A model generated the notes under the pieces. It was not told where the DNA came from. It saw only the letters and a list, made by a program, of their open reading frames with translations, and ran no database searches. A program made the translations under genes and the position numbers. Below are positions 19,541-28,189 of a DNA stretch of 64,000 bases, piece after piece; positions within the stretch are counted from its first letter, which is position 1, and every line of letters starts with the position of its first letter. Source of the stretch: Planctomycetota bacterium (GTDB taxonomy: Bacteria; Planctomycetota; UBA8108; SXIK01); the NCBI GenBank assembly GCA_965223265.1, contig OZ244999.1:6368001-6432000 (forward strand), in the 5' to 3' direction.

Positions 19541-21067
19541 TTACTTCTGCGTACGAAACGGAATCGCAGGCAAGCCTTCGCGGTTGCTCAGGTTAGGTTC
19601 AGCTTCGTTGTGCCACCCAAACCGCACTGCCTTGGGCGCCGCCACAGCTGAAGACTCGACGACCACGGTGTCGCCGTCGATCCGAGCTCGGGCTGGGTGA
19701 AACTCTCCGTCCTCCCCCGCGACTGCAAACCAATTGAGCTCGCGCTCGTCGCGTGCGACCAGTCCACCTCCGACGTAGTCGAAATGGATGCGCGCCTTGG
19801 AGCCTTCGATCGACATCGACCGATACGTGGGCCCACTGTAGACGATGTCGCCTTTGCTGTAGGTTTTTGCCAGCGCCCAAAGCGCCAGACGTTTGCCAAC
19901 GTCCTGTTTGTTCTTGGGATGGATGTCGTTGACGTTGCCGATGTCAACGGTTCCAGCCATGCCGGTGTTCGGCATCGCGAGAGTGGCGGCCTGCGCTTCC
20001 CAGATCTCCGCCAACGCCGTCGGCGATCGGCCGCGGTAGTGAAACGGCGCTAGCTGCACGAAATAAAACGGCATGTCCGCGTTGGCCCAAACCTGGCGCC
20101 AACCCTTGATCAGCGCTTTCATCTTTTCGTGATACAGCATGCCCTCTCCCATGTTCGACTCACCCTGGTACCATATCGCACCGCGGATGGAGTACGGCAG
20201 TAGTGGATAGATCATGCCGTTGTACAGCCCCATCGGGACGCGGTGGCTGTTCCCAGGATCGCTCGGCCAGGCCGGGGGTTCAGGAACTTCACGCCCGGCG
20301 GCGACCGCCTTCTGCGCTCTCGGCAACCAGGCCGCGACGGCATCCACAGCTCCAACCTTAGCTGCGCTGTACTGCTTGCGTGCTGTCTCGATCTCGTCGG
20401 CGAGTGACCCCAGACCGGCGACCGAGCGCAGCCCGACCGCTGGCGTCCATGGTTCGATGCGCGTTCCGCCCCACGACGAATCAATCAGCCCGATCGGAAC
20501 GCCGAGTTCCTTCTGCAGTTGGCGACCGAAGAAGTAGGAGACCGCAGAGAAATGTCGCGCGCTCTCCGGCGTACAGACCTTCCACTCAGCCTCCACATCC
20601 TTCGCTGGAGCGCCTGACGGCACCTTCGGGACATCGAAGAGGCGGATTTGTGGATGGTCGGCAGCGGCAATCTCAGCGTCAGGATTCGCCGAGCGCTCGA
20701 TGGACCATTCCATATTCGACTGCCCCGAGCACACCCAAACTTCGCCGACCAGCACATTGTCGAGCGAAATCGCTTGGCCGCGCCCCTTGACGACGATCTG
20801 ATGCGGCCCGCCGGCGGCGAGCGGTGGCAACTTCACGGACCACCTGCCATCGTCGCCTGTCGTGGCCTCGGCCGACGCCGCACCGAAGGAGACCGACACC
20901 TTCTCCCCAGGCGCTGCCCAGCCCCAGATCGGGATCTCAACTCCCCGCTGCAGCACCATGTTACTGCCGATGACGGCGGGAAGCTCCAGCGCCGAAGCGT
21001 TTCCGGCGAAAACAACAACAAGAGCAAGTGCGGGCAGAACGGCAAACAGAGAGCGTCTCTCTCTCAT
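19541..21067 (-). CDS. Sialate O-acetylesterase (SASA family)
   Basis: NMVLQR, GEVWVCSGQSNME, WGGTRIEPW, IWYQGESN, DIHPKNKQDVG, LPAIPFRT; signal peptide from MRERR. Confidence 0.92.
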   Translation of the reverse strand: MRERRSLFAVLPALALVVVFAGNASALELPAVIGSNMVLQRGVEIPIWGWAAPGEKVSVSFGAASAEATTGDDGRWSVKLPPLAAGGPHQIVVKGRGQAISLDNVLVGEVWVCSGQSNMEWSIERSANPDAEIAAADHPQIRLFDVPKVPSGAPAKDVEAEWKVCTPESARHFSAVSYFFGRQLQKELGVPIGLIDSSWGGTRIEPWTPAVGLRSVAGLGSLADEIETARKQYSAAKVGAVDAVAAWLPRAQKAVAAGREVPEPPAWPSDPGNSHRVPMGLYNGMIYPLLPYSIRGAIWYQGESNMGEGMLYHEKMKALIKGWRQVWANADMPFYFVQLAPFHYRGRSPTALAEIWEAQAATLAMPNTGMAGTVDIGNVNDIHPKNKQDVGKRLALWALAKTYSKGDIVYSGPTYRSMSIEGSKARIHFDYVGGGLVARDERELNWFAVAGEDGEFHPARARIDGDTVVVESSAVAAPKAVRFGWHNEAEPNLSNREGLPAIPFRTQK

Positions 21068-21300
21068 CGGGCAATCCCCCTCGGCTGTCGGACTGACTGG
21101 ATCGGTCGCATCGCCCGCGCCCATCGCTGGGTCGCAGGCCACCTGAAGTCGTCTCAGATTAGTTGCCGCTGCCAGCAGTGCCAAGCGAGAAACCGTCGCC
21201 GGTGACGAAGTCGACGCAAGAAAGGGAGACACGGCGCCCATGATCCGTGGGCCTTCCGCGCTTTCTTGGTCTCAGTAGGCGTCGGAGTGTACGTCTCTTT

Positions 21301-21758
21301 AAAGTAGCAGGCACACTCCTGTGTGCCGACTCGAGTCGACCGTGACTGTGAGTTGCGACGGTGTGGCGTCGCCAGAAAGAGAACCGGAACGGCACACGGC
21401 GTGTGCCTGCTACTTTGAAAAGTGCCATCACGGTCGCGGAACACGGCCACGGCCAGTCGGCACACCGCGTGTGCCTGCTACTTTGAAAAGTGCCATCACG
21501 GTCGCGGAACACGGCCACGGCCAGTCGGCACACCGCGTGTGCCTGCTACTTTGAAAAGTGCCATCACGGTCGCGGAACACGGCCACGGCCAGTCGGCACA
21601 CCGCGTGTGCCTGCTACTTTGAAAAGTGCCATCACGGTCGCGGAACACGGCCACGGCCAGTCGGCACACCGCGTGTGCCTGCTACTTTGAAAAGTGCCAT
21701 CACGGTCGCGGAACACGGCACGGCCAGTCGGCACACCGCGTGTGCCTGCTACTTTGAA
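21301..21758. repeat. GTAG-type REP elements: one inverted copy plus six direct copies forming a 68-bp tandem array
   Basis: AAAGTAGCAGGCACAC-loop-GTGTGCC at 21301-21330. Reverse-complement copies at about 21391, 21459, 21527, 21595, 21663 and 21730, separated by an essentially identical linker. Confidence 0.9.
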
Positions 21759-21866
21759 CACGGCACGCACCATAGGCCATCGATTCGCCGAAGGATCCCA
21801 GGGGCGACACACGGAGAATGGGCCGACCACCTCGACCCTCCACCTGATAGATCCTAGCTGCGGTGA

Positions 21867-23075
21867 TCACTCACCCCGTGCGAACCATTCGAACGACCCG
21901 TCGGAGATCTCTTCGAGTGACTCTGGATAGTCGACTCGGAGCGGGATCGGCTTGTAGAGCTCGATCTTGCGCACATCGAACTCGCTGGGCGACATGGACG
22001 AGAGAAGAGCCCGTGCGACCTTGTGAAAGGCCGAGCGCGTCATGATGCGCCGCGTCGATTGAAAGTGACCGATGAAATGTCCGTCGTAGGCGATAATGAA
22101 GTCGCGCTGTGCTTCGCCGGCAACGGCGGAACGCTGCTGGGCAGAAGCTCCGACCGACTGGGATTGGGCTGCGACCTCTGGCCCCACCGCGCACTGCTGC
22201 GACGGAAGCGCACGGGACGGTGGTGATGGTTCCGTGGACGCGGGACCGGAGAATGCATCGGAACGCACCGGGGCGACGACAGCAGCAGCATCACACCTGA
22301 TCTCTTCTGCAGTCGCGCTACCGGCGGCTCGCGATCCAGCATCGCTCTCTGAAGACGCCGCTGGCTTGCTGGCAACGTCGCGTGTTGCCACGGGCGGCGC
22401 ATAGACGCTCTTGACGACGGGCTGCACGCCGGCGGCGATTTGGATCTCCGTGACACGAGCCGCGCCGACGGCAGGTGCATCGGCTGCTGATGCCGTCAGC
22501 TCCTGCGGCGTGGCCGGCGCCACAGGCGTCCCGCCGTGAGGTTCTGACGCGGAGCCGTGAGGTTCTGACGCGGAGCCGTGAGGTTCTGACGCGGATTCGT
22601 TCATCTCGTCGCGCCACGCTGCAGTGCGAGCCGCAGCAGCCAACGACGCTAGCGGCGCGACAACAACCGGCGCAACCTTTCCAGTCGAGGCAGCTTCGGT
22701 GGGCGCGGCAGCGCTCGTGGGGTCATCAGATGTGGTCGACGCCGTCGATGCAGTCGCGCCCGCAGTCGGTGGCTCCGTTGTCGCAGGGGAAGCCGGGATG
22801 CGCACCTCACGCGCTGGCCCCACCTGCGGACTCTTGGAGACGACCTCCTGGGGCGTCGCTGCCGACTTCGGCAGCACGACGCTGCGTTCGCTCCGAGCGC
22901 GCTGCTCCACCTCTACCTGATGAGAGACCTGGACCGTTCGCACTGCCGGCTCGACCTTTTCGGTCTCGGTCGGCCCAGCAGGCCGCAGCTTGCTTTTGGC
23001 AGCCGGGATCACGATTTCAGCATGCGACTCAAAGTCCATGGACGCTTCCCATCTCAGTGCGGAGTCGACCCCCAC
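21867..23075 (-). CDS. Hypothetical protein: long Ala/Ser/Pro/Thr-rich disordered region plus small C-terminal globular domain
   Basis: 402-codon ORF filling the gap between genes; 3x SASEPHG repeat; ordered C-terminus RDFIIAYDGHFIGHF...; start uncertain. Confidence 0.55.
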   Translation of the reverse strand: MGVDSALRWEASMDFESHAEIVIPAAKSKLRPAGPTETEKVEPAVRTVQVSHQVEVEQRARSERSVVLPKSAATPQEVVSKSPQVGPAREVRIPASPATTEPPTAGATASTASTTSDDPTSAAAPTEAASTGKVAPVVVAPLASLAAAARTAAWRDEMNESASEPHGSASEPHGSASEPHGGTPVAPATPQELTASAADAPAVGAARVTEIQIAAGVQPVVKSVYAPPVATRDVASKPAASSESDAGSRAAGSATAEEIRCDAAAVVAPVRSDAFSGPASTEPSPPSRALPSQQCAVGPEVAAQSQSVGASAQQRSAVAGEAQRDFIIAYDGHFIGHFQSTRRIMTRSAFHKVARALLSSMSPSEFDVRKIELYKPIPLRVDYPESLEEISDGSFEWFARGE

Positions 23076-23338
23076 TGAAACGTACCCTGGAGTTCGCGGG
23101 CTCGTCCACTCGCGCGGTTCGGAGAATCGTCAGGAAGACACCTCTAAGATGAATCAGAAGAAAGACTTAAAATCCAGAGACCGATCCCGCCACCCATCGC
23201 CTTGAGGGCCCGAGTCGGGCTTGGCACGGACCGCCGATGCGGATAGTTTCGAGATCAAATCGACGCGCCTGAAGCGCAGTCCTGCATCCCATCGCGTGCG
23301 CCACCATCGATCGCGAGAACAAACGGAAGGATCCAGAC

Positions 23339-24898
23339 ATGACGACCGACGCTCGCCTCCCCCTTCTGCTGATCTCCCTCGCCTGCAACCTGCTCACGAG
23401 CTCACCAACCGCCGCACGTGATTTTTCCACCGTAGAGATCAAAGCGACGCACGTCGGTGGCAACGTTCACATGCTCGTTGGTGCCGGCGGCAACATCGGT
23501 GTCTCGGTCGGCGACGACGGCATTCTCATTGTCGATGACCAGTTCGCACCACTGGCGGATAAGATCCGTGCAGCCCTTGGCGAGCTCAACAAAGGCAAAC
23601 TGCGGTTCGTCCTCAACACACATTGGCATGGCGATCACACCGGTGGCAATCCGAAGTTCGGCGAAGAAGCGACCATCATCGCTCACGACAACGTCCGCAA
23701 GCGGCTCTCTGGCGAGCTACGCACCCGCGGCCGCGAAAGTACGCCTCTGCCGAAGGAAGGACTGCCTGTGATCACCTTCGCTGAATCTCTGACAGTTCAC
23801 TTCAACGATGAAGAGATCGATGTCATCCACTTTCCGAGCGGCCACACCGACGGCGACAGTGTCGTCTTCTTCAAAGAGTCGAACGTCGTTCACATGGGTG
23901 ACCTCTTCTTCAACGGCTCCTTCCCATTTGTCGATCTCGCGAGTGGTGGCGATGTGGAAGGATATCTGCGCAATGTCAAAGCGATCGCCGAACGGCTGCC
24001 GGCGGGCGTCAAAATCATTCCAGGCCATGGCCAGCTAGCGACGCGCAGCGACGTGACGGCGAACATTCGCATGCTCACCGAGACCGTCGAAATCGTTCGC
24101 CAGCGAATGTCGGCGAACCAGACGCTCGACCAAGCGCGACACGCAGGTCTGCCAGCCGAGTGGGACGACTGGGGAAAAGGTTTCATCAAAACAGACCGCT
24201 GGATTGAGACGATCTACCGCAGCTTGACGGCCCACGCGGCGGCGAGAGAACCGGCGAACCGTCGCCGTAGGGCGGCGTTCACACCGATCGAGGATGACCC
24301 GAACCTGCCGCGCGTCCTCCTCATCGGCGATTCGATCTCGATTGGCTACACACTCGCAACGCGCGAGTTCCTCAAGGCTGAAGCGAACGTCCACCGCCCC
24401 CCCACCAACTGTGGTCCGACAAGCCGTGGTTTAGCGCACATCGAGGCCTGGCTCGGGGACAGCCGCTGGGACGTTATCCACTTCAACTGGGGACTACACG
24501 ACCTCAAATACGTTGACGCCGAGGGACGCAACACCTCGCCAGAAAAAGGACGGCAACAGGTGCCGCCGGACGCCTACGAGAGGAACCTTGAAACGCTCGT
24601 CGCACGACTCAAGAAGACGAAGGCCAAGCTTGTCTTCGCGACGACGACGCCAGTGCCACCGAACGAAGGCAAGCGCGTCGCCGGGGATGCCCGGAACTAC
24701 AATAAGATCGCGCGACGTGTGATGGCGAAGCATGACGTGGCCATCGACGACCTGCACGGCTTCGCGCTGGCGCGTCTCGACGCGATCCAGCTACCGCACA
24801 ACGTTCACTTCAAGCCAGAGGGCTCGCGAGTGCTGGCAAGCCAGGTCGCCGCAAGCATCCGCGAGGCGCTCGCAGCCAAGGCGGCGGCGGCGAAATAG
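23339..24898 (+). CDS. Fusion of MBL-fold metallo-hydrolase and SGNH/GDSL hydrolase
   Basis: THWHGDHTGGN, GHTDGD, HMGD, IPGHG; then VLLIGDSIS, FNWGLHD, NVHF. Confidence 0.85.
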   Translation: MTTDARLPLLLISLACNLLTSSPTAARDFSTVEIKATHVGGNVHMLVGAGGNIGVSVGDDGILIVDDQFAPLADKIRAALGELNKGKLRFVLNTHWHGDHTGGNPKFGEEATIIAHDNVRKRLSGELRTRGRESTPLPKEGLPVITFAESLTVHFNDEEIDVIHFPSGHTDGDSVVFFKESNVVHMGDLFFNGSFPFVDLASGGDVEGYLRNVKAIAERLPAGVKIIPGHGQLATRSDVTANIRMLTETVEIVRQRMSANQTLDQARHAGLPAEWDDWGKGFIKTDRWIETIYRSLTAHAAAREPANRRRRAAFTPIEDDPNLPRVLLIGDSISIGYTLATREFLKAEANVHRPPTNCGPTSRGLAHIEAWLGDSRWDVIHFNWGLHDLKYVDAEGRNTSPEKGRQQVPPDAYERNLETLVARLKKTKAKLVFATTTPVPPNEGKRVAGDARNYNKIARRVMAKHDVAIDDLHGFALARLDAIQLPHNVHFKPEGSRVLASQVAASIREALAAKAAAAK

Positions 24899-24901
24899 AG
24901 G

Positions 24902-27304
24902 TTACTCGTCCTCAGCAACAGGCGCGAGCTCGACGCCTTCAGGCCACTCCGCACCGCCGTCGATCCAGCGTTTGAGCAGCGCGATCTGCTCGGCGCTGAG
25001 CACAGGAGCCTTGCCTTCCGGCGGCATGCGTGCGTCCTCGTCGTGGGTCGAGACGAGCTCGTAGACGAGGCTCTTCCCGCTTTCACCTGGCACGATCGTC
25101 GGCTCGTCGGAGTCGCCGACGGCAAAGGCCGTGGCCTTGCTCCCGAGTCGATAGCCACCGCTCGGCTTGCGTTTCGAGCCGCCGTGACACTTGAAGCAGT
25201 GGCGCTCGAAGAGCGGCTTGATCTCGCGGGCAAAGTCGACGGGCTCGTCCGGGGAGCCTGAAACCGTGTCGGTGTTCGAGTCTGTATCGGGATCCGCCTC
25301 GGCATCTCCCTCTGTATCTGTATCTGTATCTGTATCTGTATCTGTATCTGTATCTGTATCTGTATCTGTATCTGTGTCTGTGTCCGTGTCCGTGTCCGTG
25401 TCCGTATCCGAGTCAGCGTCCGCCTCTGCCCCTGCCCCTGCATCCGCCGCACCCAACCCAGGTTCCACCGCGCCGTCCCCGGGCCGGTACCAATCCCCAC
25501 GCAGCCAACGTGCAACGAGCCGAATCGATGTCTCGTCAAGAATCTCTTTGCGGGCGAACGCCGGCATGCGGTCGTTCTTGTCGTCGTAGAAGTCCTCATG
25601 CTCGGGGTCGCCGATGAAGCGGACGAGCCACTCTTCTGAGCCGTATCCCTTCAAGTCCGGCGCACTCGAGCCACCGTCGTAGCCCCAGCCGTGACACCGG
25701 AGGCAGCCGAGACCGCCTTCCTTTCTCGTCTGCAGGAGCTCAAGGCCGTGCGCAATCACCTCATGATCCTGCGCGTCGAGCGGACGCTGTGACCTGAGCT
25801 CCGCCTGCGCCGAGAGCGCCGTCACGATCTTGTCCATCTTTGCTTCGTAGTCGTCCCGGAGACGTTTCTTCAGCCTGCCGAGTTCTTCGGACATCTCGCC
25901 GCCTTCAAACTCGGTGCCGCCGAAATAGTCTGCGGTATCGATCTTCTCGGGATCGAGGAATCCCTGCAGCCAAGCTCGACTAGCGAACCCTTTGAGATCC
26001 GATGCCGACTGCTGATCGTTCGGCTCATCGCCGCGACCGTCGTGCCCGTCGTACCGATGACAACTCGCGCAGGACTGCGCGAAAATCTTCGGTCCCTGGG
26101 TGAGCGGGTCGTGCCGCAGCAGTTCCGCCGCGCCCCCGACGGGAATGGCGTTGGGTCCTTGGGCGAGTTCAACAACGCGCGCGGCGTCGCGTTTGGCTTC
26201 GACTAAACCGTCTTCATACTCTTGCTTGTTAGCGTCCTCGTGCAATGCCGCCGCCGTCAGGAACAACACCCCCGCGAGCAGCACAAAGAGCGAAAGCACG
26301 TTGAAAACATGGCCGAGCTTCCAGCGACCAATGAACGGCATCAACGCCATGAATCCCATGACCATTCCCGGGATGTACACCGCACCCCACACTTCTGCCT
26401 CGCCCTTGAAGGCCTCGAACTTGAGGAATTGGAACAGAAAGAGGAAGTACCACTCGGGTCGTGCCGCCTTGAACTCATTCGTGGGCTCCGCCGGTGCCAT
26501 GAGCGCAGCGCCGAGCTGGCCGTCATCGCCGAACAGACGGCCCTTGACGCAGAGAAAAAGAACGACGGCGAGCACCGCAAGGCAGGCGACGCCATCCTTG
26601 AGCACCTGATCGGGCCAAAAGTAGGCGTCAGGTTTGCGACGCGGCACTTTGTGACAGATCCCTTGGCGCCGCATGAAATAGATATGCACGCCGATGAAAA
26701 AAATCATAAGCAACGGGAGGACACCGGCATGGAGTGCGAAGAAACGAGTCAGCGTGTGGTGCCCATAGTCGCTGCCGCCGATCATGAGCCGCTGCAAGTC
26801 GTGGCCGACGAGCGGCACAGTGGTCATGATGTTCGTCGCCACCTTCGTTGCCCAGTACCCTTTTTGGTCCCACGGCAAGAGGTACCCGGTTAGTCCTAGA
26901 CCGAACACGATGCCGAGGAGTATCAAACCGACCCAGAAGTTGAACTCACGCGGCGCGCGGTAGGCCCCATCGATCACCACTTGCATCACGTGGAGGACGA
27001 GGAGGACCATCATGGCCTGCGCTGTGAAGTGGTGAATCCCTCGCAGAAGCCAACCGCCGGGCACGACATACTGAATGTAGTAGACGCTCTCCCACGCCGT
27101 CTGTGAGCTCGGGCTATAGTACATCCAGAGGATGATGCCCGTGATCATCTGCAGAACGAAGCAGAAGACGAGCGTGCTCCCCCACACGTAACGCCAGCGC
27201 GCACCGCCAGGGATGTGTTCGTAGAGCATGCTCCGGATCATCGAACGATAACCCGTGCGCTCGTCCACCCAATTGAGAAGGAGACGGTCGAGCAGCCCCT
27301 TCAT
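24902..27304 (-). CDS. Cytochrome b (bc complex) fused to three c-type haem domains, the last of planctomycete cytochrome c type
   Basis: GWLLRGIHH, GYLLPWDQKGYWA, TLTRFFALH, PEWY; haem motifs CASCH, CLRCH and CFKCH; VDFAREIKPLFERHC...RMPP...LKRWIDGGA. Confidence 0.92.
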   Translation of the reverse strand: MKGLLDRLLLNWVDERTGYRSMIRSMLYEHIPGGARWRYVWGSTLVFCFVLQMITGIILWMYYSPSSQTAWESVYYIQYVVPGGWLLRGIHHFTAQAMMVLLVLHVMQVVIDGAYRAPREFNFWVGLILLGIVFGLGLTGYLLPWDQKGYWATKVATNIMTTVPLVGHDLQRLMIGGSDYGHHTLTRFFALHAGVLPLLMIFFIGVHIYFMRRQGICHKVPRRKPDAYFWPDQVLKDGVACLAVLAVVLFLCVKGRLFGDDGQLGAALMAPAEPTNEFKAARPEWYFLFLFQFLKFEAFKGEAEVWGAVYIPGMVMGFMALMPFIGRWKLGHVFNVLSLFVLLAGVLFLTAAALHEDANKQEYEDGLVEAKRDAARVVELAQGPNAIPVGGAAELLRHDPLTQGPKIFAQSCASCHRYDGHDGRGDEPNDQQSASDLKGFASRAWLQGFLDPEKIDTADYFGGTEFEGGEMSEELGRLKKRLRDDYEAKMDKIVTALSAQAELRSQRPLDAQDHEVIAHGLELLQTRKEGGLGCLRCHGWGYDGGSSAPDLKGYGSEEWLVRFIGDPEHEDFYDDKNDRMPAFARKEILDETSIRLVARWLRGDWYRPGDGAVEPGLGAADAGAGAEADADSDTDTDTDTDTDTDTDTDTDTDTDTDTDTDTDTEGDAEADPDTDSNTDTVSGSPDEPVDFAREIKPLFERHCFKCHGGSKRKPSGGYRLGSKATAFAVGDSDEPTIVPGESGKSLVYELVSTHDEDARMPPEGKAPVLSAEQIALLKRWIDGGAEWPEGVELAPVAEDE
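25311..25406. repeat. In-frame hexanucleotide microsatellite encoding a (DT)n linker
   Basis: (TCTGTA)10(TCTGTG)2(TCCGTG)3TCCGTA. Confidence 0.93.
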
Positions 27305-27888
27305 ACTTTGGCTCTCTTCTCTTCGATGGCGGCTTCGAAATTCTGAAACTGGACGAGTATGTCGTCCCCTTCGATCTTCGCTGCCAATTCATCGAGGTCT
27401 CGCGGAGCCACACACGGGTCGCCTCGACTGCCGTCGGCATGAAACCTGCTGTCGTGACACGGGCACTCAAAGCTCGCATCGGGCTGCGCTTCGACGGAAC
27501 ACCCAGCATGGGGACAGACAGTGTTGAAAGCGGTGACGTGATCGGGATCCTCCGGCAACCGCCGAAGATAGACCGAGCCGATAGGGACTCGAGGGTACAG
27601 ATTCCAAGCGTCCTCACGGTCTGCGATAACGGGAAATCGGCGCGGTTTGCCATCGGCCGGCACCGCGTCGACGGCAGTCACGCGTAGGTACGGTGGGCCA
27701 TCGCCATCGTTCGACGACTGCTTGCGGCAAAGTGGCGCGAGAAGCACATATACGCCGTTGGCAAGCGGCGCCAAAACAGCCACACTACCGACCGCGACGG
27801 CGCAAAGCGCCTTCATGAAGCTGCGCCTCGGCGGTTGCTGACGAGCGTCGCCTTCGGCGGCTACGGACTCACCCATCTCTTCGTGCAT
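27301..27888 (-). CDS. Rieske 2Fe-2S subunit of the bc complex
   Basis: Tat-like PRRSFMK plus TM helix; CPHAGC and CPCHDSRF; ATGA overlap with cytochrome b. Confidence 0.93.
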   Translation of the reverse strand: MHEEMGESVAAEGDARQQPPRRSFMKALCAVAVGSVAVLAPLANGVYVLLAPLCRKQSSNDGDGPPYLRVTAVDAVPADGKPRRFPVIADREDAWNLYPRVPIGSVYLRRLPEDPDHVTAFNTVCPHAGCSVEAQPDASFECPCHDSRFHADGSRGDPCVAPRDLDELAAKIEGDDILVQFQNFEAAIEEKRAKV

Positions 27889-27929
27889 TCAAGCTCTCCC
27901 TCGGTTTCATCGTCTCTCAGCCGAACCGT

Positions 27930-27957
27930 ATTATACGCGCTTGGAGCAACCTCTAAA
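27930..27957 (-). promoter_or_regulatory. Putative sigma70 promoter of the Rieske-cytochrome b operon
   Basis: Minus strand TTTAGA-n16-TATAAT, about 40 nt upstream of the Rieske start. Confidence 0.45.
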
Positions 27958-28189
27958 CTCCGCTGTCCAAGCCGCAACCGAAGTTCGCGTCAGAATCTAA
28001 CAATTGTAGGAAAATCTTCGCCCATACATTCCGACAAGGCGCTAACAACCTTGGGCTGGCCCGGCAGTTACCAACCAATTGCCGGGGGAGTCACTCCGGA
28101 AGCGACGATGACGTCAGACTGCATTTTCAGTCGGTGGTGCATTTCTGGTCGACAATGCAGTGCGAAGCGTCACGACCCGAAACAGAGTT

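Noticed and set aside
21391-21758. CRISPR array (palindromic repeat ending TTGAAA, period 68 bp)
   Set aside because: The would-be spacers are identical, an inverted copy lies upstream, there are no cas genes, and the GTAG plus hairpin layout fits REP elements.
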